Assembly (NCBI GenBank): GCA_049975265.1
Contig: JBNGDF010000001.1
Location: forward strand, 154,246 to 218,245
DNA: 64,000 bases
Source of the DNA: Fidelibacterota bacterium
GTDB taxonomy: Bacteria > Fidelibacterota > UBA2242
Direction: 5' to 3'
Shown here: in pieces, positions 29,975-38,834 of the stretch
Layout: each line of letters opens with the position of its first letter
Numbering within the stretch: the first letter of the stretch is position 1
Notes under the pieces: generated by a model
Told to the model about the DNA's origin: nothing
Seen by the model: the letters and a program-made list of their open reading frames with translations, nothing else
The model's database searches: none
Program-made: the position numbers and the translations under genes

Positions 29975-32245
29975 ATGAATAAATTTTACCTGTTTGTAAT
30001 AATAGCCTTTTTTACATCGGCGACTCTCTGCGCCCAGGATTTGGCTGGTATTAAAATTTGTATCGATCCCGGACATGGTGGGCACGAGTCGGATGATCGC
30101 TACATTGCCGCCACCGGTTTCTGGGAATCGGAATCCAACTTAAGCAAGGCATTCTATGTGGAAGAGCTACTGACTGCAGCGGGCGCCACGGTGATTTTGA
30201 CCCGTCACGGGAATGGCGATAGCGGCATTGATAACGATCCCTCATTGTCTGAGCGGGAAGCCATTGCCAATTCCAACAATGTGGATTTCTTTCACTCTAT
30301 TCACAGCAACGGTTTTCAGGGAACTGCTAATTATACCCTTATGCTCTATGAAGGGACAAATTCTGCACCCGATAACCCACTTGCCGGTACCATGGCTAAT
30401 ATTATGGCGCCCCATATATATCATGTCAATTACACAACGGCGCAATATGTCCGTGGGGATGAAGATTTTTTAGGGTATAATTTAGGCGTCTTGAACGATC
30501 TAAACATGCCGGGAACTCTTTCGGAGGGGTCCTTTCACGATTACCTCCCCGAATCCTGGCGTCTGCAGAGCGAATTCTATCGTAAACATGAAGCGTGGGC
30601 GATTGCCCGTGCATTCTTTGATTACTTCGAAGTGGATGGATTCGGCGTCGGTAACATTGCCGGAATCGTCCGTGATTCTAAACATACGGTGGACTATTTC
30701 TATCTGACGACCGCCGATTCAAAATTACCGGTCAACAATCTGATTGTAACGCTGTTGCCGGACCAGCGGGTTTTTCATGGTGACGCTATGAATAATGGCT
30801 ATTATCTGTTTGATAGTCTTGCACCGGGTGATTATGAGCTTATCATCGAGGCACCCATGTATGAGAGCGATACAGTTGCCGTGACGGTCTCCGCTAATCA
30901 GAGTGCCTTCCGGGATGTCTATCTGAAGCCGGATGCCAATTTTAATTTTCCGCCGACGGCTCCCGAGCATATTCAGGTGATTGCGGTGGACGATTCAACA
31001 GTCATGGTGAAATGTGACGAGGTTTCGAATGCGCTTGGATATATCGTTTATTATGGCACGGATGCGGTCTCCTATCCCGACTCGGTTGTCTCGGCAGCGA
31101 ATAGAATTACTCTCACGGGATTGGAAGATTTGACCGCTAGTTTTTTCCAGATAAAGAGTTTCAATGACGTTGGCAGCTCGTCCGTCAATACGAAATGCTA
31201 TGCCGCGGTGCCCTCTTCAAATCCGCAGAAAGTATTGATTGTCAACGGCTTTGATCGATCCACCAATACCCGTCATGATTATGTGAAGGAGTACATCCAA
31301 CCGTTGATTTCCGCCGGTTACGGTTTTTCCTATGTACTGAACGAGTCGGTATATGACGGAAAAATTGCTCTGAGTGATTATGAGGTCGTGATCTGGATTC
31401 TGGGAGACGAGAGTACCGCCGATGATACTTTTAATCCCGTTGAACAGGACAGTGTTGAGAGTTTTCTGAAAAACGGCGGGAAACTGTTCGTATCCGGTTC
31501 TGAAATCGGCTGGGACCTGGAAGGTAAAACGGATCATCCGACTCAGGCGGATAAGGATTTTTACCATAATTACCTGAAAGCCGATTACCTTTATGATGCA
31601 CCGGGAAACACGCAAAGTTCAACCTATTCTGCGGCGGCTATTTCCGGAGAAATATTTGATGGCATTGCCGATTTTAATTTTGACAATGGTAGTCACGGGA
31701 GTTATAACGTTGACTGGCCCGATGCAATCAACGGGATCAATGGTGGTATCAATGTCCTGCAGTACAAAAATGTCAGTACCGGTACGATTGCCGCCGTGCG
31801 CTACGATGGACTCTTTCCCGGTGGAACGACGGATGGCAAATTGATTTATCTGGCAATTCCCTTCGAGGCGATTTATTCAGAGCCGTCTCGCATAGAGATT
31901 ATGGGAAAAGCCTTTGATTATTTTGACAGACCGTCAGAAGTGAATGCTCAAAATTCCTCTATTATACATGATTATGAGTTGTGCCAGAACTATCCCAATC
32001 CCTTTAATCCGACCACCAGTATATCTTTTACGCTACCGGTGGAATCGGGTGTCCGGTTGGAGATTTATAATCTGCGCGGTGAAAAGGTGCGCTCACTGGT
32101 CAGCGGTTATCTCAACAGCGGGCATTATACGGAAATCTGGAACGGTCGTGATGAAAACGGGCGCCCCGTTCCCAGCGGAGTCTATATTTACCGGTTGTCC
32201 AGTGACTTTCGCACGCTCTCCAGGAACATGTTATTATTAAAGTAA
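29975..32245 (+). CDS. Second N-acetylmuramoyl-L-alanine amidase with Fn3-like domain, alpha/beta domain and T9SS-type C-terminal domain
   Basis: DPGHGGHESDDR, FWESESNLSKAF, SIHSN, LSEGSFHD shared with the upstream paralogue; LCQNYPNPFNP. Confidence 0.88.
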   Translation: MNKFYLFVIIAFFTSATLCAQDLAGIKICIDPGHGGHESDDRYIAATGFWESESNLSKAFYVEELLTAAGATVILTRHGNGDSGIDNDPSLSEREAIANSNNVDFFHSIHSNGFQGTANYTLMLYEGTNSAPDNPLAGTMANIMAPHIYHVNYTTAQYVRGDEDFLGYNLGVLNDLNMPGTLSEGSFHDYLPESWRLQSEFYRKHEAWAIARAFFDYFEVDGFGVGNIAGIVRDSKHTVDYFYLTTADSKLPVNNLIVTLLPDQRVFHGDAMNNGYYLFDSLAPGDYELIIEAPMYESDTVAVTVSANQSAFRDVYLKPDANFNFPPTAPEHIQVIAVDDSTVMVKCDEVSNALGYIVYYGTDAVSYPDSVVSAANRITLTGLEDLTASFFQIKSFNDVGSSSVNTKCYAAVPSSNPQKVLIVNGFDRSTNTRHDYVKEYIQPLISAGYGFSYVLNESVYDGKIALSDYEVVIWILGDESTADDTFNPVEQDSVESFLKNGGKLFVSGSEIGWDLEGKTDHPTQADKDFYHNYLKADYLYDAPGNTQSSTYSAAAISGEIFDGIADFNFDNGSHGSYNVDWPDAINGINGGINVLQYKNVSTGTIAAVRYDGLFPGGTTDGKLIYLAIPFEAIYSEPSRIEIMGKAFDYFDRPSEVNAQNSSIIHDYELCQNYPNPFNPTTSISFTLPVESGVRLEIYNLRGEKVRSLVSGYLNSGHYTEIWNGRDENGRPVPSGVYIYRLSSDFRTLSRNMLLLK

Positions 32246-32317
32246 GGTCCTGTTTTATAATAGGCGGCTGCGGGGATATTGTTACAAGTCGCGGTTTTGC
32301 TGATTTGCGGTATTTTT

Positions 32318-32437
32318 CTAATCCTGTGGCTGTTCTTCCTTTGTCAGCAGGGCGATGATTCCTGCAACAAACAGAAATATCAGCGCGATTCCCAGAAAAA
32401 ATTTGAGGATTTTATACAGTCCGCTAATGATTTTCAT
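32318..32437 (-). CDS. Small single-pass membrane protein, 39 aa
   Basis: Manual: MKIISGLYKILKFFLGIALIFLFVAGIIALLTKEEQPQD; ATG 10 nt after the TPR gene stop, preceded by AAAGGTG. Confidence 0.65.
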   Translation of the reverse strand: MKIISGLYKILKFFLGIALIFLFVAGIIALLTKEEQPQD

Positions 32438-32447
32438 TGGGCACCTT

Positions 32448-33221
32448 TTATAATTCTGTCAGCAATTCTTGCGCCTCGACCTGCATGTTTTTATCGGCGT
32501 CGGAGTTGGCGGGCAGTGCCAGGGCTTTTTGCAGGGCGTCCCGGGCGTTATTATCCTGACCGAGTTTTTCGTAGCTTTTGCCCAGCCAGAGCAGGTGGCG
32601 AATATCGTCGGGTTTGATTTCGTGGGCTTTGCTGAAAAACTCCACCGCTTTCTCGAAGGATGCTGCCGGTGGGGTGGCGTAGATGACGCTGGCGATTTTG
32701 CGCTCCACCCAGCTGAGGTCTGCCAGGGCAAAGTGCCAGCGCCCCATAACGTGATAGTTGGAATCGTTTTTAGGGTCAAGCTCGATGGCTTTCAGCGTGT
32801 GCTCACGGACGGCATAGGAGTTTTCGATTTTCTGCTTGGTTCCTTCGATTTCTCCGATTCGCCCGATTAAAATGGAATAGTACTGGTGCCCTTCGGCGAC
32901 GTTCGGGGCAATCCCGACACACTTTTTGGCGTACTCGAAACCGGGATAGATGTTTGCCTTTTGCAGTTCGATGTTGGTTTCGTCCTGATCGGCAATATCG
33001 AAGTAAGCCCGGGCGAGTTTCCAGAGAATCTCGGGATTATCGGGGTCTAGTTGTTCAGCTTCCTTGAATTTTGCCAGCGCAGCGGTGTAATTATCTGCGT
33101 CGCGCAGCGTCTCCGCCTCTGCTACCAGGCTGTGAAAATCTGCTGCATAGGTTGTCACCAGCAGTACCATCAGAAAGAGCAGTCCGCATACCCCTATTAA
33201 TCGAAAATGTCGCTTTTTCAT
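32448..33221 (-). CDS. Exported TPR protein resembling the RMDN (RMD1/PTPIP51) TPR domain
   Basis: Signal peptide; EILWKLARAY, KAIELDPK, MGRWHFALADLSWVERKIASVIYATPP. Confidence 0.8.
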   Translation of the reverse strand: MKKRHFRLIGVCGLLFLMVLLVTTYAADFHSLVAEAETLRDADNYTAALAKFKEAEQLDPDNPEILWKLARAYFDIADQDETNIELQKANIYPGFEYAKKCVGIAPNVAEGHQYYSILIGRIGEIEGTKQKIENSYAVREHTLKAIELDPKNDSNYHVMGRWHFALADLSWVERKIASVIYATPPAASFEKAVEFFSKAHEIKPDDIRHLLWLGKSYEKLGQDNNARDALQKALALPANSDADKNMQVEAQELLTEL

Positions 33222-33272
33222 TTTTCCCTCGCATATAGTTTGGTTATGTAATGTTGCCTCGATGATGGAATT

Positions 33273-34043
33273 TTAGAAAAATTCCACGAAGGTGAATTTG
33301 AGTTCCCGGTTGAAGTGTTCAACTTTATTCCGGTTCAGCAGGATATTGTTAAAGTCCACCTCCAGATGAAACTTTTGAACCATGGTCCAGCGGATTCCGG
33401 CATTCAGGTATCCCAGCCCCTCCCCGAGACCGATGATATTGGTGCTGTTGTCATTCAGGGCGGCATCGTATTCCAGGACAAAGGAAATTTCCGGGTTAAT
33501 GTCCTTATCGAAACCGATGAAGAACGACGGGTCGCCGTCACCATCATCATCTTCCAAAGGATTGTAATTAAGCCCGGCATGAAAACCCATATTGCCCAGC
33601 AGCCGGTAGTTTTTACTGGCAACCAGGTAGAAGCCCTTCGCCTTGGTGTCGTAACGTTTGAGGGAATCGATATAGGCACCCTGACCCTGGGAGTTGAAGC
33701 CCAGTAGTAATGCCGGCAGCTTGCCGGATTCCTCGATAAAGCGGTATTTCACTTCTACTCCGGGTTGATTATGCCACTGGATTTCCTGGTCGCCGATGAT
33801 GCGGGCGCCGCCGTAGCTGATGCCGAACATAAAATGCTGTGAGATTCCGGCGAAGATTCCGGCGAGAGCACCGCCATTGCTGAACAGACGGAATTCTGCC
33901 AGATAGGCACCCCGGGGAATAATGCCGGCAGTAGGCGCAGTTACCAGGGTAACGGGTTGAGGGTAGACAGAATTTTCCTGGGGCACCAGTGCGATTGGCA
34001 GCAGCAGGATTGCCAGCATCGGGATTATGAATAAATGTTTCAT
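33273..34043 (-). CDS. Outer-membrane beta-barrel protein (YjbH-like)
   Basis: Start at MKHLF (ATG 34043); signal peptide, LVTAPTAG, FVLEYD, YLNAGIRW, terminal Phe. Confidence 0.7.
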   Translation of the reverse strand: MKHLFIIPMLAILLLPIALVPQENSVYPQPVTLVTAPTAGIIPRGAYLAEFRLFSNGGALAGIFAGISQHFMFGISYGGARIIGDQEIQWHNQPGVEVKYRFIEESGKLPALLLGFNSQGQGAYIDSLKRYDTKAKGFYLVASKNYRLLGNMGFHAGLNYNPLEDDDGDGDPSFFIGFDKDINPEISFVLEYDAALNDNSTNIIGLGEGLGYLNAGIRWTMVQKFHLEVDFNNILLNRNKVEHFNRELKFTFVEFF

Positions 34044-34194
34044 GAATCTCTCATAATTTTTTCTGAATATACATTGAACATGACATAAAAGCAACCAAGA
34101 TTCGTGTGAGATATACCACAGTCCCAAACCAAACAATTGACTGTTATGCAAAGGAGTTCTATATTTAGGAAAATTTTTAACAGGAGGTTTTACA

Positions 34195-34395
34195 ATCACC
34201 CGGAAAAGACGTAAGAATACCCGCTCGAAGAAAAAGCCGCGTAAACTGACGATCCCCTTTGATGTCGCCCTGCTGGTGTTTTTCGGGATACTGATTTTTA
34301 TTCTGTTCACATTGACCAATCGGGTTTGCCGTGATGATGATAAAGAGTTGGATATTCCCGAAATTTCTATTAAAATAAAGTACCATTATGAATAA
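34195..34395 (+). CDS. Small bitopic membrane protein (66 aa), apparently starting at ATC
   Basis: AGGAGGT at 34182-34188, then ATC 6 nt later; (M)TRKRRKNTRSKKKPRKLTIPFDVALLVFFGILIFILFTLTNRVCRDDDKELDIPEISIKIKYHYE. Confidence 0.55.
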   Translation: MTRKRRKNTRSKKKPRKLTIPFDVALLVFFGILIFILFTLTNRVCRDDDKELDIPEISIKIKYHYE

Positions 34396-34418
34396 AATTG
34401 TGCAGAGGGACTAACGTT

Positions 34419-34598
34419 ATGAGAAATCTTGGGATTTTTGTATTTGTGATTGGTTTGTTGCTGTTGGTTCTGGACCCGACGATTATTCGGATCATCGGGA
34501 TTCTGGGCGCGGCTTTCGGGCTGTTTGCCCTGCTGGTTCCGGATAAGGCGGCAGAAATTATTGGTAAGTTCAAATCCAAAAAGGGCAACACTGAATAA
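34419..34598 (+). CDS. Small membrane protein (59 aa, two hydrophobic segments)
   Basis: ATG after GAGGGA; MRNLGIFVFVIGLLLLVLDPTIIRIIGILGAAFGLFALLVPDK..., basic tail. Confidence 0.7.
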   Translation: MRNLGIFVFVIGLLLLVLDPTIIRIIGILGAAFGLFALLVPDKAAEIIGKFKSKKGNTE

Positions 34599-34806
34599 TC
34601 GGCAGGTAATGACCGGAAGTGTGCAGGATAGCCTGCCCGTAGACCGACTGCCCTGCGGAAGAAACCGCGCCGAAGGGCGTGTATTTATTCAGACAGTTAA
34701 CTATTGAATATCTGCTTTCTCTGGTCTATATTTTGCCCTGAGTGAGACCTGTTATTTGTTGTTACCGTAATTGTGGTTTTTGTAGCGGGAAAATGTACTG
34801 TTGAGC

Positions 34807-35073
34807 ATGTTTGAAGAACCGATTAAGGCACATTTATTGACGCGTCACGAAAAAGAGATGGGAATACAGATCGCTGAGATGGAAAAGTACAAATATCTCT
34901 GCAGCGAGCAAGCCGGCTGTGACATTGGCAAGCGGGCTTATTTTGAATGGACGCAGAAATATGGGAAAAAGGTCCGTGAGTGGCTTGAAACCCTCAGTGA
35001 CGACGAGATTAATCGTCTGTTTGATACAATTTCAGGACGTATCAAGCAGTATATTTTTGAAAAAGCACATTGA
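34807..35073 (+). CDS. Small helical hypothetical protein (DUF4032-like motif)
   Basis: EMEKYKYLCSEQAGCDIGKRAYFEWTQKY resembles the E-I..HKW..SE.AG.D(I/V)G...A..DW pattern. Confidence 0.65.
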   Translation: MFEEPIKAHLLTRHEKEMGIQIAEMEKYKYLCSEQAGCDIGKRAYFEWTQKYGKKVREWLETLSDDEINRLFDTISGRIKQYIFEKAH

Positions 35074-35190
35074 TGCTTTTTTTTTATTATAGAATAATAT
35101 GGTAAAGGACACCGGAAGAAATGCATGGGTCGGTATGGGTCTGTGTTTAAGTCAGACAACCGGTACCCGATCTGAGAAGGAGGATGACAG

Positions 35191-37209
35191 ATGATGGCGA
35201 AATCGAACCAGATTAAACTCCCGGAAAATGCCTATCGGAAGCTGGAGGATGGCGAAGAGTATATTCCTGTTGTCCCAGCCGGGAAGGTTGTTCCCGAAGT
35301 AACTCCCTATTCCCTCTTGTGGGGTCTTTTTTATTCGGTTCTATTCTCCATGGCGGCAGCGTATCTGGGGTTGAAAATCGGGCAGGTGTTTGAAGCCGCG
35401 ATTCCGATTGCGATTCTGGCGGTGGGAACCTCGGTGATGTTGAAGCGGAAAAACGCGCTTCAGGAGAACGTCATCATTCAATCCATCGGCTCTTCCTCGG
35501 GTGTAATTGTTGCCGGGGCTATTTTTACGATACCCGGGCTCTATATTTTGGGACTGGATGTAAGTTTTTTTCAGATTTTTCTGGCATCCCTCTTTGGCGG
35601 TGTTCTGGGTATTCTGTTTCTGATTCCTTTCCGCAAATACTTTGTGCAGGATATGCATGGTGAATTTCCCTTTCCGGAGGCGACCGCCACCACGGAGGTG
35701 ATCGTAGCCGGTGAATCGGGTGGTGAACAGGCGAAGGTCCTGATTTCGGCGGCGATCGTCGGGGGGATATACGATTTTTGTGTTGCCGGTCTGGGCTTAT
35801 GGAAAGAGGTAGTCTCGACCCAGGTGTTCCGCTGGGGGACTTTTCTGGCGGATAAATGGAAGCTGGTGTTGAAAATAAATATCGGCGCTGCGGTCACCGG
35901 ACTGGGATATATTATCGGGCTGAAGTATGCCCTGATCATCGCCTGTGGTTCTTTTCTGGCGTGGTGGGTGCTGATCCCGGCGTTTTTTTATGTAGGTCAG
36001 CACTTGACGGTACCGCTAGCGCCGGCGCTGGAACTGATCCGGGATATGGACCCTCAGGATATTTTTACCAATTACGTCCGGCATATTGGTATCGGCGGCA
36101 TTGCCGCGGCGGGTATAATCGGGATTATCAAGTCATCCAAAATTATCGCGGGTGCCTTTAGGCTGGCGGCGCAGGAGTTAAGCGGCGGTATTCAGCTGGG
36201 CGGGGAGGATGCCGTCCCGAGAACCCAGAAGGATATCAAGATGAAGTGGCTCGCCATTTTGCTGTTGATTATATTTGTGGCGCTGTTTGTTTTCTTTCTG
36301 TTCGGGGTAGTGGAGCTGAATTTTTGGCATGCCGTTGTGGGAATATTAATTGTATTTATCATATCCTTTCTGTTTACCACCGTAGCAGCCCGGGCGATCG
36401 CGCTGGTGGGGACCAATCCGGTCTCCGGTATGACGTTGATGACGTTGATTATATCCTCTGTGATACTGCTCAAAGTCGGTTTGACCGGAGAGAAGGGGAT
36501 GTTGGCGGCGCTGATTATCGGGGGTGTGGTGTGTACAGCACTTTCCATGTCGGGCGCCTTTATATCCGATCTGAAAATCGGTTACTGGCTGGGCACGACG
36601 CCACGGACACAACAGCGTTATAAGTTCGCCGGAACCCTGCTGGCGGCTGCATCGGTAGGATTTGTTATCCTGGTGCTGAACAAGACCTTCGGGTTCGGGG
36701 CGGAAGCGGGACCCAATGCCCTGGAGGCACCGCAGGCATCGGCAATGGCGGCGGTGATTGAACCGCTGATGACCGGTGCGCCGGCACCCTGGACGCTCTA
36801 TATTGCCGGAGTTTTCATGGCGATTATTCTGGAGCTGATCGGAGTTCCGCCGCTGGCATTTGCACTGGGCATGTATCTGCCGATTTATCTGAACACGCCG
36901 ATTCTGGCGGGTGGGTTGATTGCTCATTTTATCGGCAAGTCCAGTGATAATCAGGAATTGGTGAAAAAGCGTCGTGAAAAGGGAACCCTGATTGCTTCCG
37001 GTTTCATCGCCGGTGGTGCCATTATGGGCGTGGTTGCGGCTTTTATCATCTTCTTCGGGCAGAAAATTTTTGGTGAGGGCTGGACCCTGATGCGGGCGCT
37101 GGGTACCGGATACTGGGCGGAATCCACCGGTGCGGAGATTGTCGGGTTTGTTATGTTTGTTCTTTTGCTGGGATACCTCTATTGGGATTCAAAGCGGGTT
37201 AAAGAATAG
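35191..37209 (+). CDS. OPT family oligopeptide transporter
   Basis: YLGLKIGQVFEAAIP, FPEATAT, NPVSGMT, DLKIGYWLG, APQASAMA. Confidence 0.93.
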   Translation: MMAKSNQIKLPENAYRKLEDGEEYIPVVPAGKVVPEVTPYSLLWGLFYSVLFSMAAAYLGLKIGQVFEAAIPIAILAVGTSVMLKRKNALQENVIIQSIGSSSGVIVAGAIFTIPGLYILGLDVSFFQIFLASLFGGVLGILFLIPFRKYFVQDMHGEFPFPEATATTEVIVAGESGGEQAKVLISAAIVGGIYDFCVAGLGLWKEVVSTQVFRWGTFLADKWKLVLKINIGAAVTGLGYIIGLKYALIIACGSFLAWWVLIPAFFYVGQHLTVPLAPALELIRDMDPQDIFTNYVRHIGIGGIAAAGIIGIIKSSKIIAGAFRLAAQELSGGIQLGGEDAVPRTQKDIKMKWLAILLLIIFVALFVFFLFGVVELNFWHAVVGILIVFIISFLFTTVAARAIALVGTNPVSGMTLMTLIISSVILLKVGLTGEKGMLAALIIGGVVCTALSMSGAFISDLKIGYWLGTTPRTQQRYKFAGTLLAAASVGFVILVLNKTFGFGAEAGPNALEAPQASAMAAVIEPLMTGAPAPWTLYIAGVFMAIILELIGVPPLAFALGMYLPIYLNTPILAGGLIAHFIGKSSDNQELVKKRREKGTLIASGFIAGGAIMGVVAAFIIFFGQKIFGEGWTLMRALGTGYWAESTGAEIVGFVMFVLLLGYLYWDSKRVKE

Positions 37210-37280
37210 CTTGTACTCCAGCGCACATTTTTATTGAAATTAAATCCGTATGATACAAATAAATTGGGAGGATTGTGGCG

Positions 37281-38363
37281 ATGAAAAAATTTATAATGTT
37301 GTTGAGTCTCGCGGGAATGATCCTGGTTGCCTCGGCTTGCCTGGAGGACCTTTTTTCCAGTGACGATGATGAGGAGTTGAATCAGGCGCTGGCGGGGGTT
37401 TGGTATCGCTTCTCAGTGACGGAAGACGGGATCAGCTCTGGATTGCCGGCACTTGTCGAGTTGCGGAATGATGGTACCGGGACAATCCAAAGTATCGATG
37501 AACCGGAGCAGGATGAACCCGCAAGCGATACGTTCAAGTGGCTGACCGAAGGAGAGATGATCACCATTAACGATGAAAATGACAGCCTGATCTGGTCCGG
37601 GACTTTTACCCTTTCGGATGATAACCAGGTGCTTCATTTTTCCTATACTTCGGAAGGGCGTCCGGTGGAACAGAAATATGTTAAATATACCGGAGAAAAG
37701 AATCCCCAGTTGATCGGCACCTGGATCATGGTTGATTTGGTGACCGGTGGTGAGGAGCCCCTGATTCTCGAAAAGGTCGTGTTCACACAAAGCGGCGGCA
37801 CCGATTATTACATTGATGATCTGAATGATATTGAGGGTGAAATTACCACAGAACATCTGAATGTGACGCCGTTTTCCTGGACGACGACGGGGAATTATTT
37901 GCTGGTGTTTGATGATACCGAGGAACTGCCGTTTGTGATAGGGTATACGTTAACCGGTGATGAATTGAACGGTTATAACTACACGGATGACGGTCAGAGA
38001 GAAGATTTTATTCTGGTCAAGGAAACAGGCAATATTGACCAGAACGGTGTCGGCAACTGGGAACTGGCTTCGATGAAAATTAGCGGTATGACCAATCCGA
38101 TTTCCGGAATCGAGATTGCCCTGAGTCTGGCGAGCGACGGCAGCGGTGTCTGGAATATTGTTACCTTTTCACAATCCTATAATTTTAACTGGACGACGAA
38201 TAACGGATATGTATTTATCTATCGGGCGGAGCTGCCCCTGATTGCCTGGGTTCAGAAATATGAGATCACCGATGATTCCATGGTTCTGGAAACCGATACC
38301 GAATATTATGAAGGCTACGGCGGCTGGGTGAATGTCGAATATACATTTACCCGCTCACAATGA
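37281..38363 (+). CDS. Lipoprotein with three tandem lipocalin-like domains
   Basis: Lipobox ASAC; LAGVW, LIGTW and GVGNW at ~115-aa spacing, each followed by an F.W.T..G..(L/V) motif. Confidence 0.75.
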   Translation: MKKFIMLLSLAGMILVASACLEDLFSSDDDEELNQALAGVWYRFSVTEDGISSGLPALVELRNDGTGTIQSIDEPEQDEPASDTFKWLTEGEMITINDENDSLIWSGTFTLSDDNQVLHFSYTSEGRPVEQKYVKYTGEKNPQLIGTWIMVDLVTGGEEPLILEKVVFTQSGGTDYYIDDLNDIEGEITTEHLNVTPFSWTTTGNYLLVFDDTEELPFVIGYTLTGDELNGYNYTDDGQREDFILVKETGNIDQNGVGNWELASMKISGMTNPISGIEIALSLASDGSGVWNIVTFSQSYNFNWTTNNGYVFIYRAELPLIAWVQKYEITDDSMVLETDTEYYEGYGGWVNVEYTFTRSQ

Positions 38364-38392
38364 CCTGGTGCCTGTATTTTTTATATCTGGAG

Positions 38393-38425
38393 AGGGATTA
38401 GTCCCGACGGACTGATCCCTTTTTT
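38393..38425 (+). terminator. Intrinsic terminator
   Basis: AGGGATTAGTCC-CGAC-GGACTGATCCCT followed by a T run. Confidence 0.8.
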
Positions 38426-38810
38426 AGTTGTCTTTGGCGCCCTGGTAGATCCAGTCGTAAATTAACTGGATATTAAATTCCGAAAGATAGGGTCCATCTT
38501 TTGGCATCCGGTAATCCAAAACGGTCTGTTTATCGTTGGCAACGGCTTCATAAAGCAGGCTCTGGTCGGGATAGCCGGCGACCACCAGATGTTCGGGATG
38601 GTAATTATTACCGCTCATCAGGGATTCATAGCTCGAAAGGTCCAGATTGTTGTTGAAACTGGCTTCACTGCTGTGACAACTAATACAGCGGGTCATAAAA
38701 ATCGGTAAAATCTGTTCACTGAAGCTGACGGGTTCATTTTCGGTACCGTCGCAGGATGCCAGCAGCAATAGACCCAACAGAGCAACGATGATTAAGGATT
38801 TGTTGGTCAA
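38424..38810 (-). CDS. Lipoprotein monoheme cytochrome c (planctomycete cytochrome c-like domain)
   Basis: Lipobox LASC; VSFSEQILPIF, CISCH heme motif, RMP, WIYQGAKDN. Confidence 0.85.
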   Translation of the reverse strand: MTNKSLIIVALLGLLLLASCDGTENEPVSFSEQILPIFMTRCISCHSSEASFNNNLDLSSYESLMSGNNYHPEHLVVAGYPDQSLLYEAVANDKQTVLDYRMPKDGPYLSEFNIQLIYDWIYQGAKDN

Positions 38811-38834
38811 TTTGAACTCCGCAAATTTGATTGT

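Noticed and set aside
34044..34319. N-terminal extension of the 348-aa track ORF
   Set aside because: The signal peptide begins at ATG 34043; the extension covers the divergent promoter region and the opposite-strand small gene
34599..34690. GC-rich stretch with small hairpins, superficially like SRP RNA (CAGG...CCGGAAG...GCAG)
   Set aside because: It lacks the SRP domain IV spacing and a long closing helix; stems are only 4-6 bp
35115..35168. Interrupted hairpin in the OPT transporter leader
   Set aside because: Short stems with large internal loops, no overlap with the ribosome-binding site and no recognised riboswitch motif
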